This document shows positions 19,575 through 29,875 of a stretch of DNA of 64,000 nucleotides, in pieces. A model generated the notes under the pieces. The model was not told the DNA's origin. It searched no databases and was given only the letters and a program-made list of their open reading frames with translations. Made by a program: the position numbers and the translations under genes. The DNA lies in the sequence record NC_023719.1, one strand, 5' to 3'. The first letter of the stretch is position 1. Every line of letters begins with the position of its first letter.

Positions 19575-22500
19575 ATGTCAGAAAGAGGCTATTTTGATAG
19601 AGATACGAACTATACATCTGAATCTGGTTTTTCAAGAGTTAAATTTGGTATAGATAAACCTATTTTAGAAGTAGAATTAAATGAGATGCAAAAAATCCAA
19701 GAGGAAAAAAGAACTTCTATTGTAAAACAGACTGTGCCATCTGGATTTTCAGAAATAGTTAAAAGAGATTTTGATGGTAAAAGCATTATATATAATCCTA
19801 CTATTACAGTAAGAAGCGAAGATGAAGTTAGACAATTCAAAAAATTAAATTCAATAGCAATTCCACCTTCAAAGTTAGTTATTAATGGTTTTGAAGTTGA
19901 TATAGAGGGAAATGTTGAAATAGATGGTATCAAGGGATATACCTTGATTGAATTAGAAGATAAAAAAATAGCAACTAATAATTCTGAACTTTACGATTTT
20001 GTATTTTTAGAGTTATGGTTTCAAGAAATTAACTCACTTACTAATTTATACAAAAATGGCTTTTTACAAGGAGAAATATTAAAGAATAATATCATTGACG
20101 ATAGAGTTGGTGGTGAAACTTCTAGAAGAGTAGCTATTAGAAGTAGAATAAGAGTGGAAAAAGACATCAATCTTAAGAAATGGCCTAATGGTTTTGGATA
20201 TAATTCACAAACAGGTGAAATGTCTAACATTTATGCAAGAGGGCCATTAAGTGATATTATAAGAGAAAAAGAGCATATATTTTTACCAGCAACTGCTTCA
20301 TTTTTCAAAGGAACAAATTTCTATAATGATTTTGGTTTGTTTGTTGCGGGAAGAAAAAATTATGTAAATGAAAAAGATGAAAGCATAATAAATAAAAGAT
20401 TTGGAGTTTTAGAAAATTATATATTTGCTGTACCAATGTTTGGAATTAAAAGAAGGAACCAAGTAGAGTATTCGAGTTCTAATCCTAATGGTGGAATTCC
20501 TTACGAAAATGAAAATACTATTAGCGATAGACCAGATGGACTATTTAATAATTTAGTTGATAAAAAAGACTTAATAGATTTAAGAAAATCAATTTCTTTT
20601 AATCAATTAAATACAGTTAAGCTATTAGACGAAAACTTAAAGAAATTAATGTCTGGTAATCTAGCTACAAGTTCTAATGATAAAATGACAAGAGTACAAT
20701 TTGGTTTACCACAAATTGATGCTATTAATGGAGATTATTTATCTAACGCTTTATTACATCTAGATTTTACAAATAGAAATTTAACTCCAATATTGGGCGA
20801 CCCTCCAATGACAAGTGGTAAAAATGCAAAATACCATTTATCTGCTTTAGGCTATGGTTTATCTTTAGATGGGGAAATTGTTGTAAAATATCCAATAAGT
20901 ACTTTTAATAAATCTCAAGGTACAATAGAATTCTTATTGAAACCATATTGGGATGGTGGGGATAGAAACATAAAGCAAACATTGTTTTCAATTACTAATG
21001 AATTAGATTTGCCTTTAATGAGATTGAGTAAAGATAATGGCAAGTTAATTCTAAAACAGTTCTATAATGGAAGTACGACATCATTAAGCGCTGAAACTTC
21101 AGTTGATTTAAATAATGAAACTATCTATAATAACGAGATTTATCATATAAGATTTAGTTGGTTTGCTAATAACTCAGAAAGTAAGACAACAATATTTATA
21201 AATGGTAAAAAAGTAGCTTCTGGAAATTATCTTTTATCAGAACTATCTCCTAAGTTCTTAAGATTAGGGGAAATTGAAACTATCAACACTTATTCATCTT
21301 ACTTCAAAGGTTGTCTTATTGATGAATTGGTTTTATATAACAAGGTTTTAAATGAAAATAAATTCAGCCAAATTTCTCCAGATATTACATTGGGTGAGGC
21401 AAAGATATATAATTCTTTTAACAGTATATTACGAGGTTTCCAAGATAATGAATATAAACAATCAATTATAAGTGTAATTGTGACATCAAATGATACAAAC
21501 ACATTTAATTTAGAATCCCCGTACGGGACATCAATTAATTCAGAAAACTCAAAAGTATATAATTCTTTAACTGGAAAACTTTACACTGGTACTTGGTCTC
21601 CTTTAGAAGGTGGAAATGCTAGATTTGATTTAACATCTACACCTGATGGTACTGATAAGTTTATGGGAGAAACTTTATGGGTAACGCATGAAATAGTCGT
21701 TCCGGGTGGATACGGAGTAAAAGATGTTCCAACTAGAATATTAAAGGCTCAATTAAATGATGTTGATATTTCTTTTGCTGATTATTCTAATCAAATAAGA
21801 GAAGTAAAAGAACTAAAGAATATTGAATCCCAACTTAATTTTATTCAAATTAAAGAACAAAAAGCATATGATTATAGTTCAGTAGTTAGAAATGATGGCA
21901 CAGCTTTCGCGAGATTGCTAAAATGCACAGTTCACAGTAATGGTACAAATGTATATAGAATACCAAAAGAATTATATGGTAGAGAAGTATTAGGCATTTG
22001 CAATGTAAACAAAAAGTTGAGTACGACTTATAAAGAACCAGATGGAAACTTTGTTGTTAGATTGGTAGATAAGCTTTCATTCCAAGATCAATTTGAAGTT
22101 GATATTGCATTAGGTGGATTTGTATTTGATTATGAAACCCACACTAAAACTTTAGTATCAAATATGATGAAATCTAAAACTATAAGAATTCCCACTACTG
22201 GTGATACAGATGAATATGTTATACCGGCAAGTTTAGCTATTAATAAGAATGCAGTTGTAGCGCCTAATGGCGGTATAGTAGTATCATTCTTGGATTTAAA
22301 ACAAAATAACACAACGGATTTAGGTAAGACAGTTTTTGTAACTGGTCCTGTTTCAAATTATTTAGCTAAAGCAACAGTTGAAGGTGTAGGGACTCCGTTT
22401 ATTAAAATAAAGTTTGAAGAAACGCCTATGACAGATCATTTTATTGAAATACCAGTTTTAATTACTTACCAACCTAAATCAACAGAATTGCTTTCTATTT

Positions 22501-23111
22501 GGTTTGATTATTCCCCATATCAAGGTATTTTAACAGATACTACTGAAAAGAAACTCAAGCGTCTTACAGATTGGAAATGTTTTGCTACTACGTTTGGTTC
22601 TGGAGAAATTGTAGTTAATAATCTTAAAGAAAAGAGTATTAATAATGCATCTAATAGATTGCCGGGAGGGAAAAACTTCTCTTATTTATTAGATGGTAAA
22701 GATATTAATTTTGTTGGCGACCAAATGACTATTAATGGAGAATATTCTACTAATAAGAAATTGATATTTAGAAGTCAATTTACTGAATTGATAAAGAATG
22801 ATGAATTTGATAATTATTCTAATTCACTAACTTCAGAGTTTACAGTTAAGAAAAAATATGGTAAGAATTACCAAGATGCATTTATTGAGTCATCAATAAG
22901 CAATATTGGTTTTGCTATACAAGATACAAATGAATCAATTAGTAAGTATTTAGGCGCTGCTTGTTTAGTTGTTGATGAAGAAGGTAGTATTTTACTATTT
23001 ATAATGGGTGAGATCGTGAAAGATCCAACTATTGCATCAATTGTAAAAGCGACGCATGGAGATTTATTTAAGCTAGAGAAAAACCCTATTATTATTCCAA
23101 GGAATGATTAG
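19575..23111 (+). CDS. Large tail/baseplate-associated fibre protein with LamG/concanavalin-like domain
   Basis: GGAGG RBS; N-terminal F...KPILEVELNEMQ structural motif; central QGTIEFLLKP...YHIRFSW...IFINGKKV...IDELVLYNKVL LamG pattern. Confidence 0.7.
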   Translation: MSERGYFDRDTNYTSESGFSRVKFGIDKPILEVELNEMQKIQEEKRTSIVKQTVPSGFSEIVKRDFDGKSIIYNPTITVRSEDEVRQFKKLNSIAIPPSKLVINGFEVDIEGNVEIDGIKGYTLIELEDKKIATNNSELYDFVFLELWFQEINSLTNLYKNGFLQGEILKNNIIDDRVGGETSRRVAIRSRIRVEKDINLKKWPNGFGYNSQTGEMSNIYARGPLSDIIREKEHIFLPATASFFKGTNFYNDFGLFVAGRKNYVNEKDESIINKRFGVLENYIFAVPMFGIKRRNQVEYSSSNPNGGIPYENENTISDRPDGLFNNLVDKKDLIDLRKSISFNQLNTVKLLDENLKKLMSGNLATSSNDKMTRVQFGLPQIDAINGDYLSNALLHLDFTNRNLTPILGDPPMTSGKNAKYHLSALGYGLSLDGEIVVKYPISTFNKSQGTIEFLLKPYWDGGDRNIKQTLFSITNELDLPLMRLSKDNGKLILKQFYNGSTTSLSAETSVDLNNETIYNNEIYHIRFSWFANNSESKTTIFINGKKVASGNYLLSELSPKFLRLGEIETINTYSSYFKGCLIDELVLYNKVLNENKFSQISPDITLGEAKIYNSFNSILRGFQDNEYKQSIISVIVTSNDTNTFNLESPYGTSINSENSKVYNSLTGKLYTGTWSPLEGGNARFDLTSTPDGTDKFMGETLWVTHEIVVPGGYGVKDVPTRILKAQLNDVDISFADYSNQIREVKELKNIESQLNFIQIKEQKAYDYSSVVRNDGTAFARLLKCTVHSNGTNVYRIPKELYGREVLGICNVNKKLSTTYKEPDGNFVVRLVDKLSFQDQFEVDIALGGFVFDYETHTKTLVSNMMKSKTIRIPTTGDTDEYVIPASLAINKNAVVAPNGGIVVSFLDLKQNNTTDLGKTVFVTGPVSNYLAKATVEGVGTPFIKIKFEETPMTDHFIEIPVLITYQPKSTELLSIWFDYSPYQGILTDTTEKKLKRLTDWKCFATTFGSGEIVVNNLKEKSINNASNRLPGGKNFSYLLDGKDINFVGDQMTINGEYSTNKKLIFRSQFTELIKNDEFDNYSNSLTSEFTVKKKYGKNYQDAFIESSISNIGFAIQDTNESISKYLGAACLVVDEEGSILLFIMGEIVKDPTIASIVKATHGDLFKLEKNPIIIPRND

Positions 23112-23640
23112 TAAAAACAATCTAGGGTTTTTCCTAGATTGTTTTTTATGCTTGGAGGGAAAGGTAATGAAATTGCAACCAGGTGATATAGTTCTTATTA
23201 GAGGGAAAAGTTTTATTTCGAAATTTGTACGTTTCTTTACAAAATCAGAATATACTCATGCTGCAATGATGATTTCGGAAAGACATATGATTGAAGCTAA
23301 TTTCAATAAGAAAGTTAATATTGTTAACTTTAAATACAATCCAGAAACAATGGAGATTTATAGATATAAAGAAGATTTAACAAAAGAACAACAAATAGTT
23401 ATTGTTCAATCTTCTTATGAAATGTTAAACAAATACTATGATTATTTGCAAGTTATTTTTTATATGATAGAGTATTTTATTGGTAAACGTTATGATAGAA
23501 TGTTTAACTTACAAAGTTTTATTATTTGTTCTGAAATTATAGATAGAGCTTATTCTGAAATTGAGATTAATCTTGTGGAAAAAAGCAATATGACTCCTGG
23601 AGATTTAGTGATGTCAAAAGAAATAAAGAGAATATATTAA
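23104..23640 (+). CDS. Permuted papain-like amidase (YiiX/YebB, NlpC/P60 superfamily)
   Basis: LQPGDIVL..G.S.IS..VR.FT.S.YTHAAM ... FIICSEII (His before Cys); likely start is MKLQPGD after a GGAGG RBS. Confidence 0.85.
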   Translation: MISKNNLGFFLDCFLCLEGKVMKLQPGDIVLIRGKSFISKFVRFFTKSEYTHAAMMISERHMIEANFNKKVNIVNFKYNPETMEIYRYKEDLTKEQQIVIVQSSYEMLNKYYDYLQVIFYMIEYFIGKRYDRMFNLQSFIICSEIIDRAYSEIEINLVEKSNMTPGDLVMSKEIKRIY

Positions 23641-23650
23641 AGGGGCGTTT

Positions 23651-23848
23651 GTGTTGAAAAGATTGATAAAAAAATCAGAACAATTATTCGATGTAGGAAA
23701 TGTAGTGTTATTTAAAACACATCCATATGATAACATCACTCCTTACACTATTAAAGAGGTACTTGAAGACAATAGATATTTTATAGAAAATGATGATAAT
23801 GCATATACAGGTATTGACGGAAAGAATTTAGAATTATTACAACAATAA
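23651..23848 (+). CDS. Small SH3/KOW-like hypothetical protein
   Basis: FDVGNVVLFK beta-rich 65-aa ORF. Confidence 0.55.
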   Translation: MLKRLIKKSEQLFDVGNVVLFKTHPYDNITPYTIKEVLEDNRYFIENDDNAYTGIDGKNLELLQQ

Positions 23849-23883
23849 AAAACTACCTATTTATTAACAGGTAGTTTTTTTAT

Positions 23884-24924
23884 TTATTTCAATTTATTGT
23901 TTTTTAAATCAAGCAAGTCTTTCTTTAGCTCATTAAGTTCATTGATCGAGTCTTTAATAATATTTTCATTAATGATTTTAATTGGAATAGTGAATCTGTA
24001 ATAAAGTAATAAACATAGAGTGAATGAGAATATAGCGTAGAAGAATGTCCAGATAATAGCGTTAACGAAAGCATCTTGTACACTATCTAATGTTGAATCA
24101 AAACGAGAAACAACTTTAGCTTGAACAGTTGCATTATCTAACCCCTTTATATTTATTTTAGTAGTTATACTTCCATCTTTGTTTTTAATTTGTTCTTCTT
24201 TGTAGTTTTTTGTTAATTTTGTAGGAGGTAAGTTGATAAAATCTAATGAAACAATATTTTTGTTTATGTTTTTTAGTTCAACAACTTGATTAACTAAAGG
24301 TGTAATGCTATCGTCTTTAATGTCTAAAACTTGTAATCCAACCTCTAATACAACTAATCCTACATTGTCAATATATCCAATTCCTTTGTACCCCCACTTA
24401 TGATATCTATGAGGGTAGATTTCTGATCTATAGAATTTATCTTCAATATAAACTTCTTTTGTCTCAACTATTTTCTTAAAGGCGGTTTCCCATCTCTGTT
24501 TGTCTTCTTTTTTGTAGAATTCCCTAGCTAATTTGCCGATTTCTTTTTCGTCAGTTGAATATTGAACGATACCATTTTTGTCTAAAACGTAAATATTAGT
24601 AAGATTATACTCTTTCTTTAGAGATTTTAAAACATTATTGTCTAATTGCATGTTGTTAGCGTTGATTTCTCTTTCTATTGAGTACAATGATTTTTCAACT
24701 GTTTCGGAAATGTAAGGTTCCATAGTTTCTATGAAAGAGGAGATACTCTCATATCTGTTTTTAATATCAGAAGCAATTAAATAAGACATTTCTTCTTGAT
24801 GTTTATCGGAGTTAGATTTAAATTGATAAAAATTGATCCACGTAAAAGTTGTACTGAAGAAAAACAAAATAATGAATGACCAAATAAATAGACTCAGCGT
24901 TTTTTTAAACTTTAAATTTCTCAT
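23884..24924 (-). CDS. Two-TM protein with extracellular Cache-like sensor domain and no kinase domain
   Basis: Minus strand (cat at 24922-24924; track label is wrong); TM at both ends; NIYVLDKNGIVQYSTD..EIG Cache-type motif; GGGAGG RBS. Confidence 0.65.
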   Translation of the reverse strand: MRNLKFKKTLSLFIWSFIILFFFSTTFTWINFYQFKSNSDKHQEEMSYLIASDIKNRYESISSFIETMEPYISETVEKSLYSIEREINANNMQLDNNVLKSLKKEYNLTNIYVLDKNGIVQYSTDEKEIGKLAREFYKKEDKQRWETAFKKIVETKEVYIEDKFYRSEIYPHRYHKWGYKGIGYIDNVGLVVLEVGLQVLDIKDDSITPLVNQVVELKNINKNIVSLDFINLPPTKLTKNYKEEQIKNKDGSITTKINIKGLDNATVQAKVVSRFDSTLDSVQDAFVNAIIWTFFYAIFSFTLCLLLYYRFTIPIKIINENIIKDSINELNELKKDLLDLKNNKLK

Positions 24925-24938
24925 TTTATTTTCCTCCC

Positions 24939-25265
24939 TTACTTATTTATTAAGTTCTCAAAGATAAAAATCAAAAGACTTAATCCAGCCGTCGCAGCAG
25001 TTCCTAACAACCACATTTGTAGCTTATTAAATCTTTCATCTATTTTATCATCAAGTACTGATCCAGAATCATTAATGTTTTCTAAAAGTTTCTTTTCGTT
25101 TTCAATAATTTTATCAATTTTATTTTCTAATTTCTCTGTTTTCACTTCAATTTGATCTTCGATTTTGTTCATTCTTTCGTTTTGGTGATGATTCCATTCT
25201 TTAACGTTTTCCATGCTTGATTCAAGAGTTGCAATACGCTCAACTATTTCTCTTTCATTACTCAT
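24939..25265 (-). CDS. XhlA/holin-like coiled-coil protein with C-terminal TM
   Basis: Minus strand (cat at 25263-25265); ERIATLES coiled coil, then WLLGTAATAGLSLLIFIF. Confidence 0.6.
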   Translation of the reverse strand: MSNEREIVERIATLESSMENVKEWNHHQNERMNKIEDQIEVKTEKLENKIDKIIENEKKLLENINDSGSVLDDKIDERFNKLQMWLLGTAATAGLSLLIFIFENLINK

Positions 25266-25445
25266 TCAAACCCCCTCCATTATTTTATTAATTTGACCAA
25301 ACAATAGCAGAATAAGAGTATCTCCGTTATATAAATACATAATACTATTTAAAATATATTCTTGTTTGTTATACAATAAAGAAGCTTAGTAATAGTTAAA
25401 AAAAATCAATTAAAAGCTAATAATAGATTAGGAGGTGCTTAAGCT

Positions 25446-25703
25446 ATGGCATGGGAAGATAACTTTAACAAACTTGTTGAATTAACGCAACCAATTGATG
25501 ATAGAAAAGAATGGCGATTTGTACTAGAAGAACACAAAACAAAGGGTACTCTACATGTTAACGTGCGAGTATTTAACATTGCGGGTAATTACATTGGACC
25601 AACTAAAAATGGGATCAACTTTACAGTGAATTCTACTCAAGAATTAGAAAATTTCCAAGTAACATTAAATCAATTTTTGAGTAAAGCAAAAGAAATGTTA
25701 TAA
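25446..25703 (+). CDS. PC4/YdbC-like ssDNA-binding protein
   Basis: GGAGG RBS; VNVRVF...YIGPTKNGINF motif of the PC4 fold. Confidence 0.65.
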   Translation: MAWEDNFNKLVELTQPIDDRKEWRFVLEEHKTKGTLHVNVRVFNIAGNYIGPTKNGINFTVNSTQELENFQVTLNQFLSKAKEML

Positions 25704-25793
25704 AAGACTGGCGATAGCTGGTCTTTTTTTATTTAAAAAAGACAACAATTATTTATATATTAAATAATAAAATTTTTTAAAGGAGGTGAAAGT

Positions 25794-26183
25794 ATGATAT
25801 CTAATATTAATACGGTATGGACAAAAATAAGTAGAGCTCAATACGAAGAATTAATAGATGTAAATATTTTTTCTTTAATGAAAGAAAAATTAGATAATTT
25901 ATTAGTTGTTTCGTCTCTATTAGATTATGAAATAAATTTCATAAGTCAAGGGTCTATATTAGGTGATTTTTTTACAATAGAATTCATTAATCATAATGCG
26001 TGTTTAAGGTTTTGTATTATAAATCATATATCATCAAATGATTTTAGAGAAGCTAATATATTCATTAAGACAAGATACATTAATTATTTTGAAAAAGTAG
26101 AAGAAACAAACGATAAAAATTCAATTCCAATGTTGTTGAGTTATTTATTAGGAATTATTAATGCTTTTTCTAAAGTAAACTAG
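25794..26183 (+). CDS. Hypothetical protein
   Basis: AAGGAGGTG RBS; 129 aa. Confidence 0.7.
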   Translation: MISNINTVWTKISRAQYEELIDVNIFSLMKEKLDNLLVVSSLLDYEINFISQGSILGDFFTIEFINHNACLRFCIINHISSNDFREANIFIKTRYINYFEKVEETNDKNSIPMLLSYLLGIINAFSKVN

Positions 26184-26214
26184 TGTTATACATCAATTAT
26201 ATAGAGGTGATTTT

Positions 26215-27774
26215 TTGGAAAAGACAATAGAAGATTTTGGGCTCTTAATAAGAGAAGGATTTGGCGGTTCTATTGGTTATGGAACTAATCATGCTAAATC
26301 AGATGTTGATTTACGAGGATTATTTATACCAAAGAGACATTTCTTATTAGGCATAAATAACGTAGATCAATTTAATTGTAAGACTGTAAAAGATACTAAA
26401 TATGGTAAGTCTGATGATATTGAATACTTTTCGTTACAGAAATTTATAAATCTAGCTTTAGAGGGTAACCCAAATGTTGTAGAACAATTATTCATTAATA
26501 GAGAACACGTAACTTTTGAAAATGAATTTGGTAAAGAATTGTATGAATTAAGATACGAATTCCTTACTAAAAATGCATATGGCAGGTTCGGCGGATATGC
26601 CCACGCACAAATGAAACGTATGGATTCAAAAGGCAATCACAATGGCCATAGCTCTCATAGAGATATTATAGAAGAATTTGGTTATGACACCAAACATGCT
26701 ATGCATTTAGTTAGATTATATCAAATGGGTATCCAGATCTTAAGAGATGGAGAATTATATACTTATAGGCCAAACCGACAAGAATTACTTGATATCCGTT
26801 ACGGGAAATATACTTTAAGTCAAATAAAAAATTATGCTGAAGAGTTAAATAAAGAGTTAGAAGATGCTATGATGAAATCTAAGATTCCTGACTATCCTGA
26901 TTTTGATAAAATCAATAGATGGGTAATAGATGTAACAGATAGAGCTCATGGTTTAAATACGAAAAAAGGCGTATTTAAAGGTGTAACTTTCAATGTTTTA
27001 CCATTAGAGTATGAAATGGTAGACAAATGTTCTATTTTAACTGTTGCAAATAGACTTTTACGTAAAAAAGACAAAGCTCAAGCGGTTGGAGTAGCAGTAC
27101 CTTATAAAGATTGGTTTACTGGTTTAAGAAAGTTTGAAGAATTTAAATTTGAAAAAACTAGAATAGACAATATCCATAAAGTAATAAACAAAGTTAGATC
27201 TTGCGACCCTAAATTGGTAGATATGTTATATGCTTCAGAGAAACATATCATCTTCGAACATCCAATGGCGAAAGAATTTAAAGACAAAATGAAAACAATG
27301 TTATCAACAAAATACGCTTACAATAAAGCATATAGCTACGTTACTGGTAATTTAAAGGCTATGCAAAACTGGGAAAACCTAAAAGATAGATGGGAAAAAG
27401 AGAGAGCTACAACAAATAAGAAAATGACAGACTATCCACCAGTACCTAAGAAAACTTTATCTGAAAACGCTGCTAGAATGACTAAGTATGGTTATGATAC
27501 ACTATCCGCTTTTGATATTGTACATGTGTTAAAATTGTTTATTGAACTAATGAATACTGGTACTATTGTCGATAGTAGAGCTTATGAACCAGAATTATAT
27601 GCTATCAAACAAGGTCATTATAAGACGTTTGAAGAATTTAATGATTACGTTCAAGAGTTATTAGCGGAATTAGAAAAAGCAAAAGATAATTCAGTTTTGA
27701 CTAATCATAATTTTAACGAAATCGAAGATTGGTTGATTGACTTTATTGATCGTTTCCATCAACAATTAGATTAA
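26215..27774 (+). CDS. RlaP/YcgL-like (DNA Pol-beta superfamily) nucleotidyltransferase, tandem duplicated
   Basis: GGSIGYGT...SDVDLRG, GNPNVVE.LF, YDTKHAMHLVRL; second degenerate copy in the C-terminal half. Confidence 0.85.
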   Translation: MEKTIEDFGLLIREGFGGSIGYGTNHAKSDVDLRGLFIPKRHFLLGINNVDQFNCKTVKDTKYGKSDDIEYFSLQKFINLALEGNPNVVEQLFINREHVTFENEFGKELYELRYEFLTKNAYGRFGGYAHAQMKRMDSKGNHNGHSSHRDIIEEFGYDTKHAMHLVRLYQMGIQILRDGELYTYRPNRQELLDIRYGKYTLSQIKNYAEELNKELEDAMMKSKIPDYPDFDKINRWVIDVTDRAHGLNTKKGVFKGVTFNVLPLEYEMVDKCSILTVANRLLRKKDKAQAVGVAVPYKDWFTGLRKFEEFKFEKTRIDNIHKVINKVRSCDPKLVDMLYASEKHIIFEHPMAKEFKDKMKTMLSTKYAYNKAYSYVTGNLKAMQNWENLKDRWEKERATTNKKMTDYPPVPKKTLSENAARMTKYGYDTLSAFDIVHVLKLFIELMNTGTIVDSRAYEPELYAIKQGHYKTFEEFNDYVQELLAELEKAKDNSVLTNHNFNEIEDWLIDFIDRFHQQLD

Positions 27775-27815
27775 TAGGAAAATAGAGAATCTCGTTAATA
27801 ACGGGATTCTTTTTA

Positions 27816-27844
27816 TTTACAATTCTATTCAATTTTGATATAAT
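27816..27844 (+). promoter_or_regulatory. Sigma-A-type (early) promoter
   Basis: TTTACA-N17-TATAAT with extended TG. Confidence 0.8.
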
Positions 27845-27890
27845 TAATATATAACATAAACAAATAAGGAAAATATCAGGGGGAATAGCG

Positions 27891-28457
27891 ATGGGAGAAA
27901 AGGTTTATAAAAACTTAAGATGTAATATTGAGGTGGCTAAACGATTAGATGAATTAATACCATCAAATATTATGATTGACGATATTATATTTATTTGTAT
28001 TGGTACAGATAGGAACACGGGAGATTCACTAGGTCCTTTTGTTGGAACATATTTAAACGCAATTGGATACACTAACGTAATTGGAACTATAGATGAACCT
28101 TTGCACGCTTTAAATTTAGAAGAAATAGTACAAAAAATACCAAAAGATAAATATATAATTGCAATAGATTCATGTGTTTCTCAGATAGAGGAATTATTGC
28201 ATAGTGTAACAGTTAAAAATACCCCTGTACGTCCCGGATCTGCAGTGAATAAAAAATTACCTAGTGTAGGTGATGTATCAATCCTAGTGAATGTTTGTTA
28301 TTGTCCAAAAGAATTAAGAGAATTAGCTTCTTCGGTTTTAGCATCCGTTAGATTGTCACATATAATACAATTATCAAAGTCAGTTGTTAAGTCTATTAGT
28401 AAAGTGTTTCCTTTAGAAGGACATTCATATGGTGAAGTAGCATCTTCTGAAAAATAA
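27891..28457 (+). CDS. yyaC: Spore protease YyaC-like (GPR-type aspartic protease family)
   Basis: CIGTDRNTGDSLGP.VG, GT...P.HA.NL, IIAIDSC, PGSAV.K.LP.VGD signature. Confidence 0.9.
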   Translation: MGEKVYKNLRCNIEVAKRLDELIPSNIMIDDIIFICIGTDRNTGDSLGPFVGTYLNAIGYTNVIGTIDEPLHALNLEEIVQKIPKDKYIIAIDSCVSQIEELLHSVTVKNTPVRPGSAVNKKLPSVGDVSILVNVCYCPKELRELASSVLASVRLSHIIQLSKSVVKSISKVFPLEGHSYGEVASSEK

Positions 28458-28525
28458 AATAGTAATTATTTATATAAAAGTGGATTCTATAGTCCACTTT
28501 TTTCTGTCACTAAATGATAATTATT

Positions 28526-28558
28526 TGTTAAAATAAGTATTAGAAGTTCATATTATAT
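28526..28558 (+). promoter_or_regulatory. Putative phage middle promoter
   Basis: TGTTAAA-N18-TATTATAT, recurrent motif. Confidence 0.65.
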
Positions 28559-28614
28559 TTTTATAGATAATATCTAACCAGATATTAAAACATACAAACT
28601 AAGGTGGTTATGAA

Positions 28615-28911
28615 ATGACAACATTGGAGAAAATTTTATCAAAAGAAGCTTTTAACATTCAAGATTTAGCAGAGGTAACTAAACGAAAAACACAAACTAT
28701 TCGTTCTTGGGAGAAAAAAGGGATTATTAAAGATGCTGATATGCGTAATTCAAACAACTGGCGACAATATTCTAAAGAGCGATTTGTAGAAATCTTAAAT
28801 CAAATTTTGAGTCATCCATGGGAACGCCAAGTAATTAAAAATGTGGCCGAAGTAGAATACGTTATTAATGAATTAACTAACAAACAGGAAAAAGCAGCAT
28901 CTGATGAGTAA
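28615..28911 (+). CDS. MerR-family HTH protein
   Basis: IQDLAEVT....QTIRSWEKKGII...RNSNNWRQYS. Confidence 0.85.
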   Translation: MTTLEKILSKEAFNIQDLAEVTKRKTQTIRSWEKKGIIKDADMRNSNNWRQYSKERFVEILNQILSHPWERQVIKNVAEVEYVINELTNKQEKAASDE

Positions 28912-29875
28912 TAAAGTTCACATTATATTAGATAATGTTTACGCAAAAATTATAGGTGCAACTAAAGATATTGAACATGCTATTTGGAATGAGCTATCAT
29001 TTTTAGTTGAAGAATTCGGCCAAGAGCACCCTAGAAGAAGACATTTATTTAATAGAAAAACCAAAAAAACATATACAGGCTTAGTACCTTATGTAGAAAG
29101 AATTCTCAAAGAAATGCACGTTGACTATGATATTGTTGATAGTCGTGATATACCAGAAAAGAATGCTGATTTTAAATTAGCAGAATTCGTAGATGATGCA
29201 AAAACAATTCCATTGACTTTTAGACCATATCAAAAAGAAATTGTTGACCGATGCGAACCGCGCGAATGTTTACAAGCAGCGACTGGAGCGGGTAAAACAT
29301 TTATGATGGCAGCGATTATTGAAAAATTTAATGTTAAACCAGTATTAGTATTTGCTGATAAAATGTCTTTAGTTACTCAAATTAAAGAAGAGTTTGAAAA
29401 ATTCTTAGGTATTGAAATTGGAATAATTGGTGGCGGAGTAAAGGAAGTAAGAGATATTACAATTTGTTCAGTGCAATCTATGCTTAAAGAAGACGAAATG
29501 CTTAAAGAAGCAAAAATGATTATGTTTGATGAGTGTCTTTCGTATGATTCAAAAGTTTTAATGCCTAATGGTTCTTATGAAGAAATTGGAAAATTAGTTG
29601 AACAAAAATACGAAGGTTTAGTAATGTCTTATAATCATAAAGCTGGTAAAATGGAACCTAAAAAAGTAGTTAGTCATTCGAAAACTCTATTAAGCCAAAA
29701 TAACAAAAAATTTATGAAGCTAACTGTTAAAAAAGCCAATGGTGAAAAAGAAGTTATTGAATGTACAGATAACCATCGAATTTGGTCGGAAGATTCGAAG
29801 AAATATATTCATGCAAGAGATTTAGTAAAAGGACAACAAGTAGTAACAACGAAAGGAAGTTCTGAAAATGGATAA
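28904..29875 (+). CDS. SF2 (UvsW-like) helicase N-terminal half fused to split-intein N fragment
   Basis: Q-motif RPYQ, motif I ATGAGKT, motif II MFDE immediately followed by intein CLSYD. Confidence 0.9.
   Translation: MSNKVHIILDNVYAKIIGATKDIEHAIWNELSFLVEEFGQEHPRRRHLFNRKTKKTYTGLVPYVERILKEMHVDYDIVDSRDIPEKNADFKLAEFVDDAKTIPLTFRPYQKEIVDRCEPRECLQAATGAGKTFMMAAIIEKFNVKPVLVFADKMSLVTQIKEEFEKFLGIEIGIIGGGVKEVRDITICSVQSMLKEDEMLKEAKMIMFDECLSYDSKVLMPNGSYEEIGKLVEQKYEGLVMSYNHKAGKMEPKKVVSHSKTLLSQNNKKFMKLTVKKANGEKEVIECTDNHRIWSEDSKKYIHARDLVKGQQVVTTKGSSENG
29534..29875 (+). mobile_element. Split intein, N fragment (113 aa)
   Basis: Block A CLSYDSKVLM and block B IECTDNHRIW (TxxH), then a stop codon. Confidence 0.92.
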
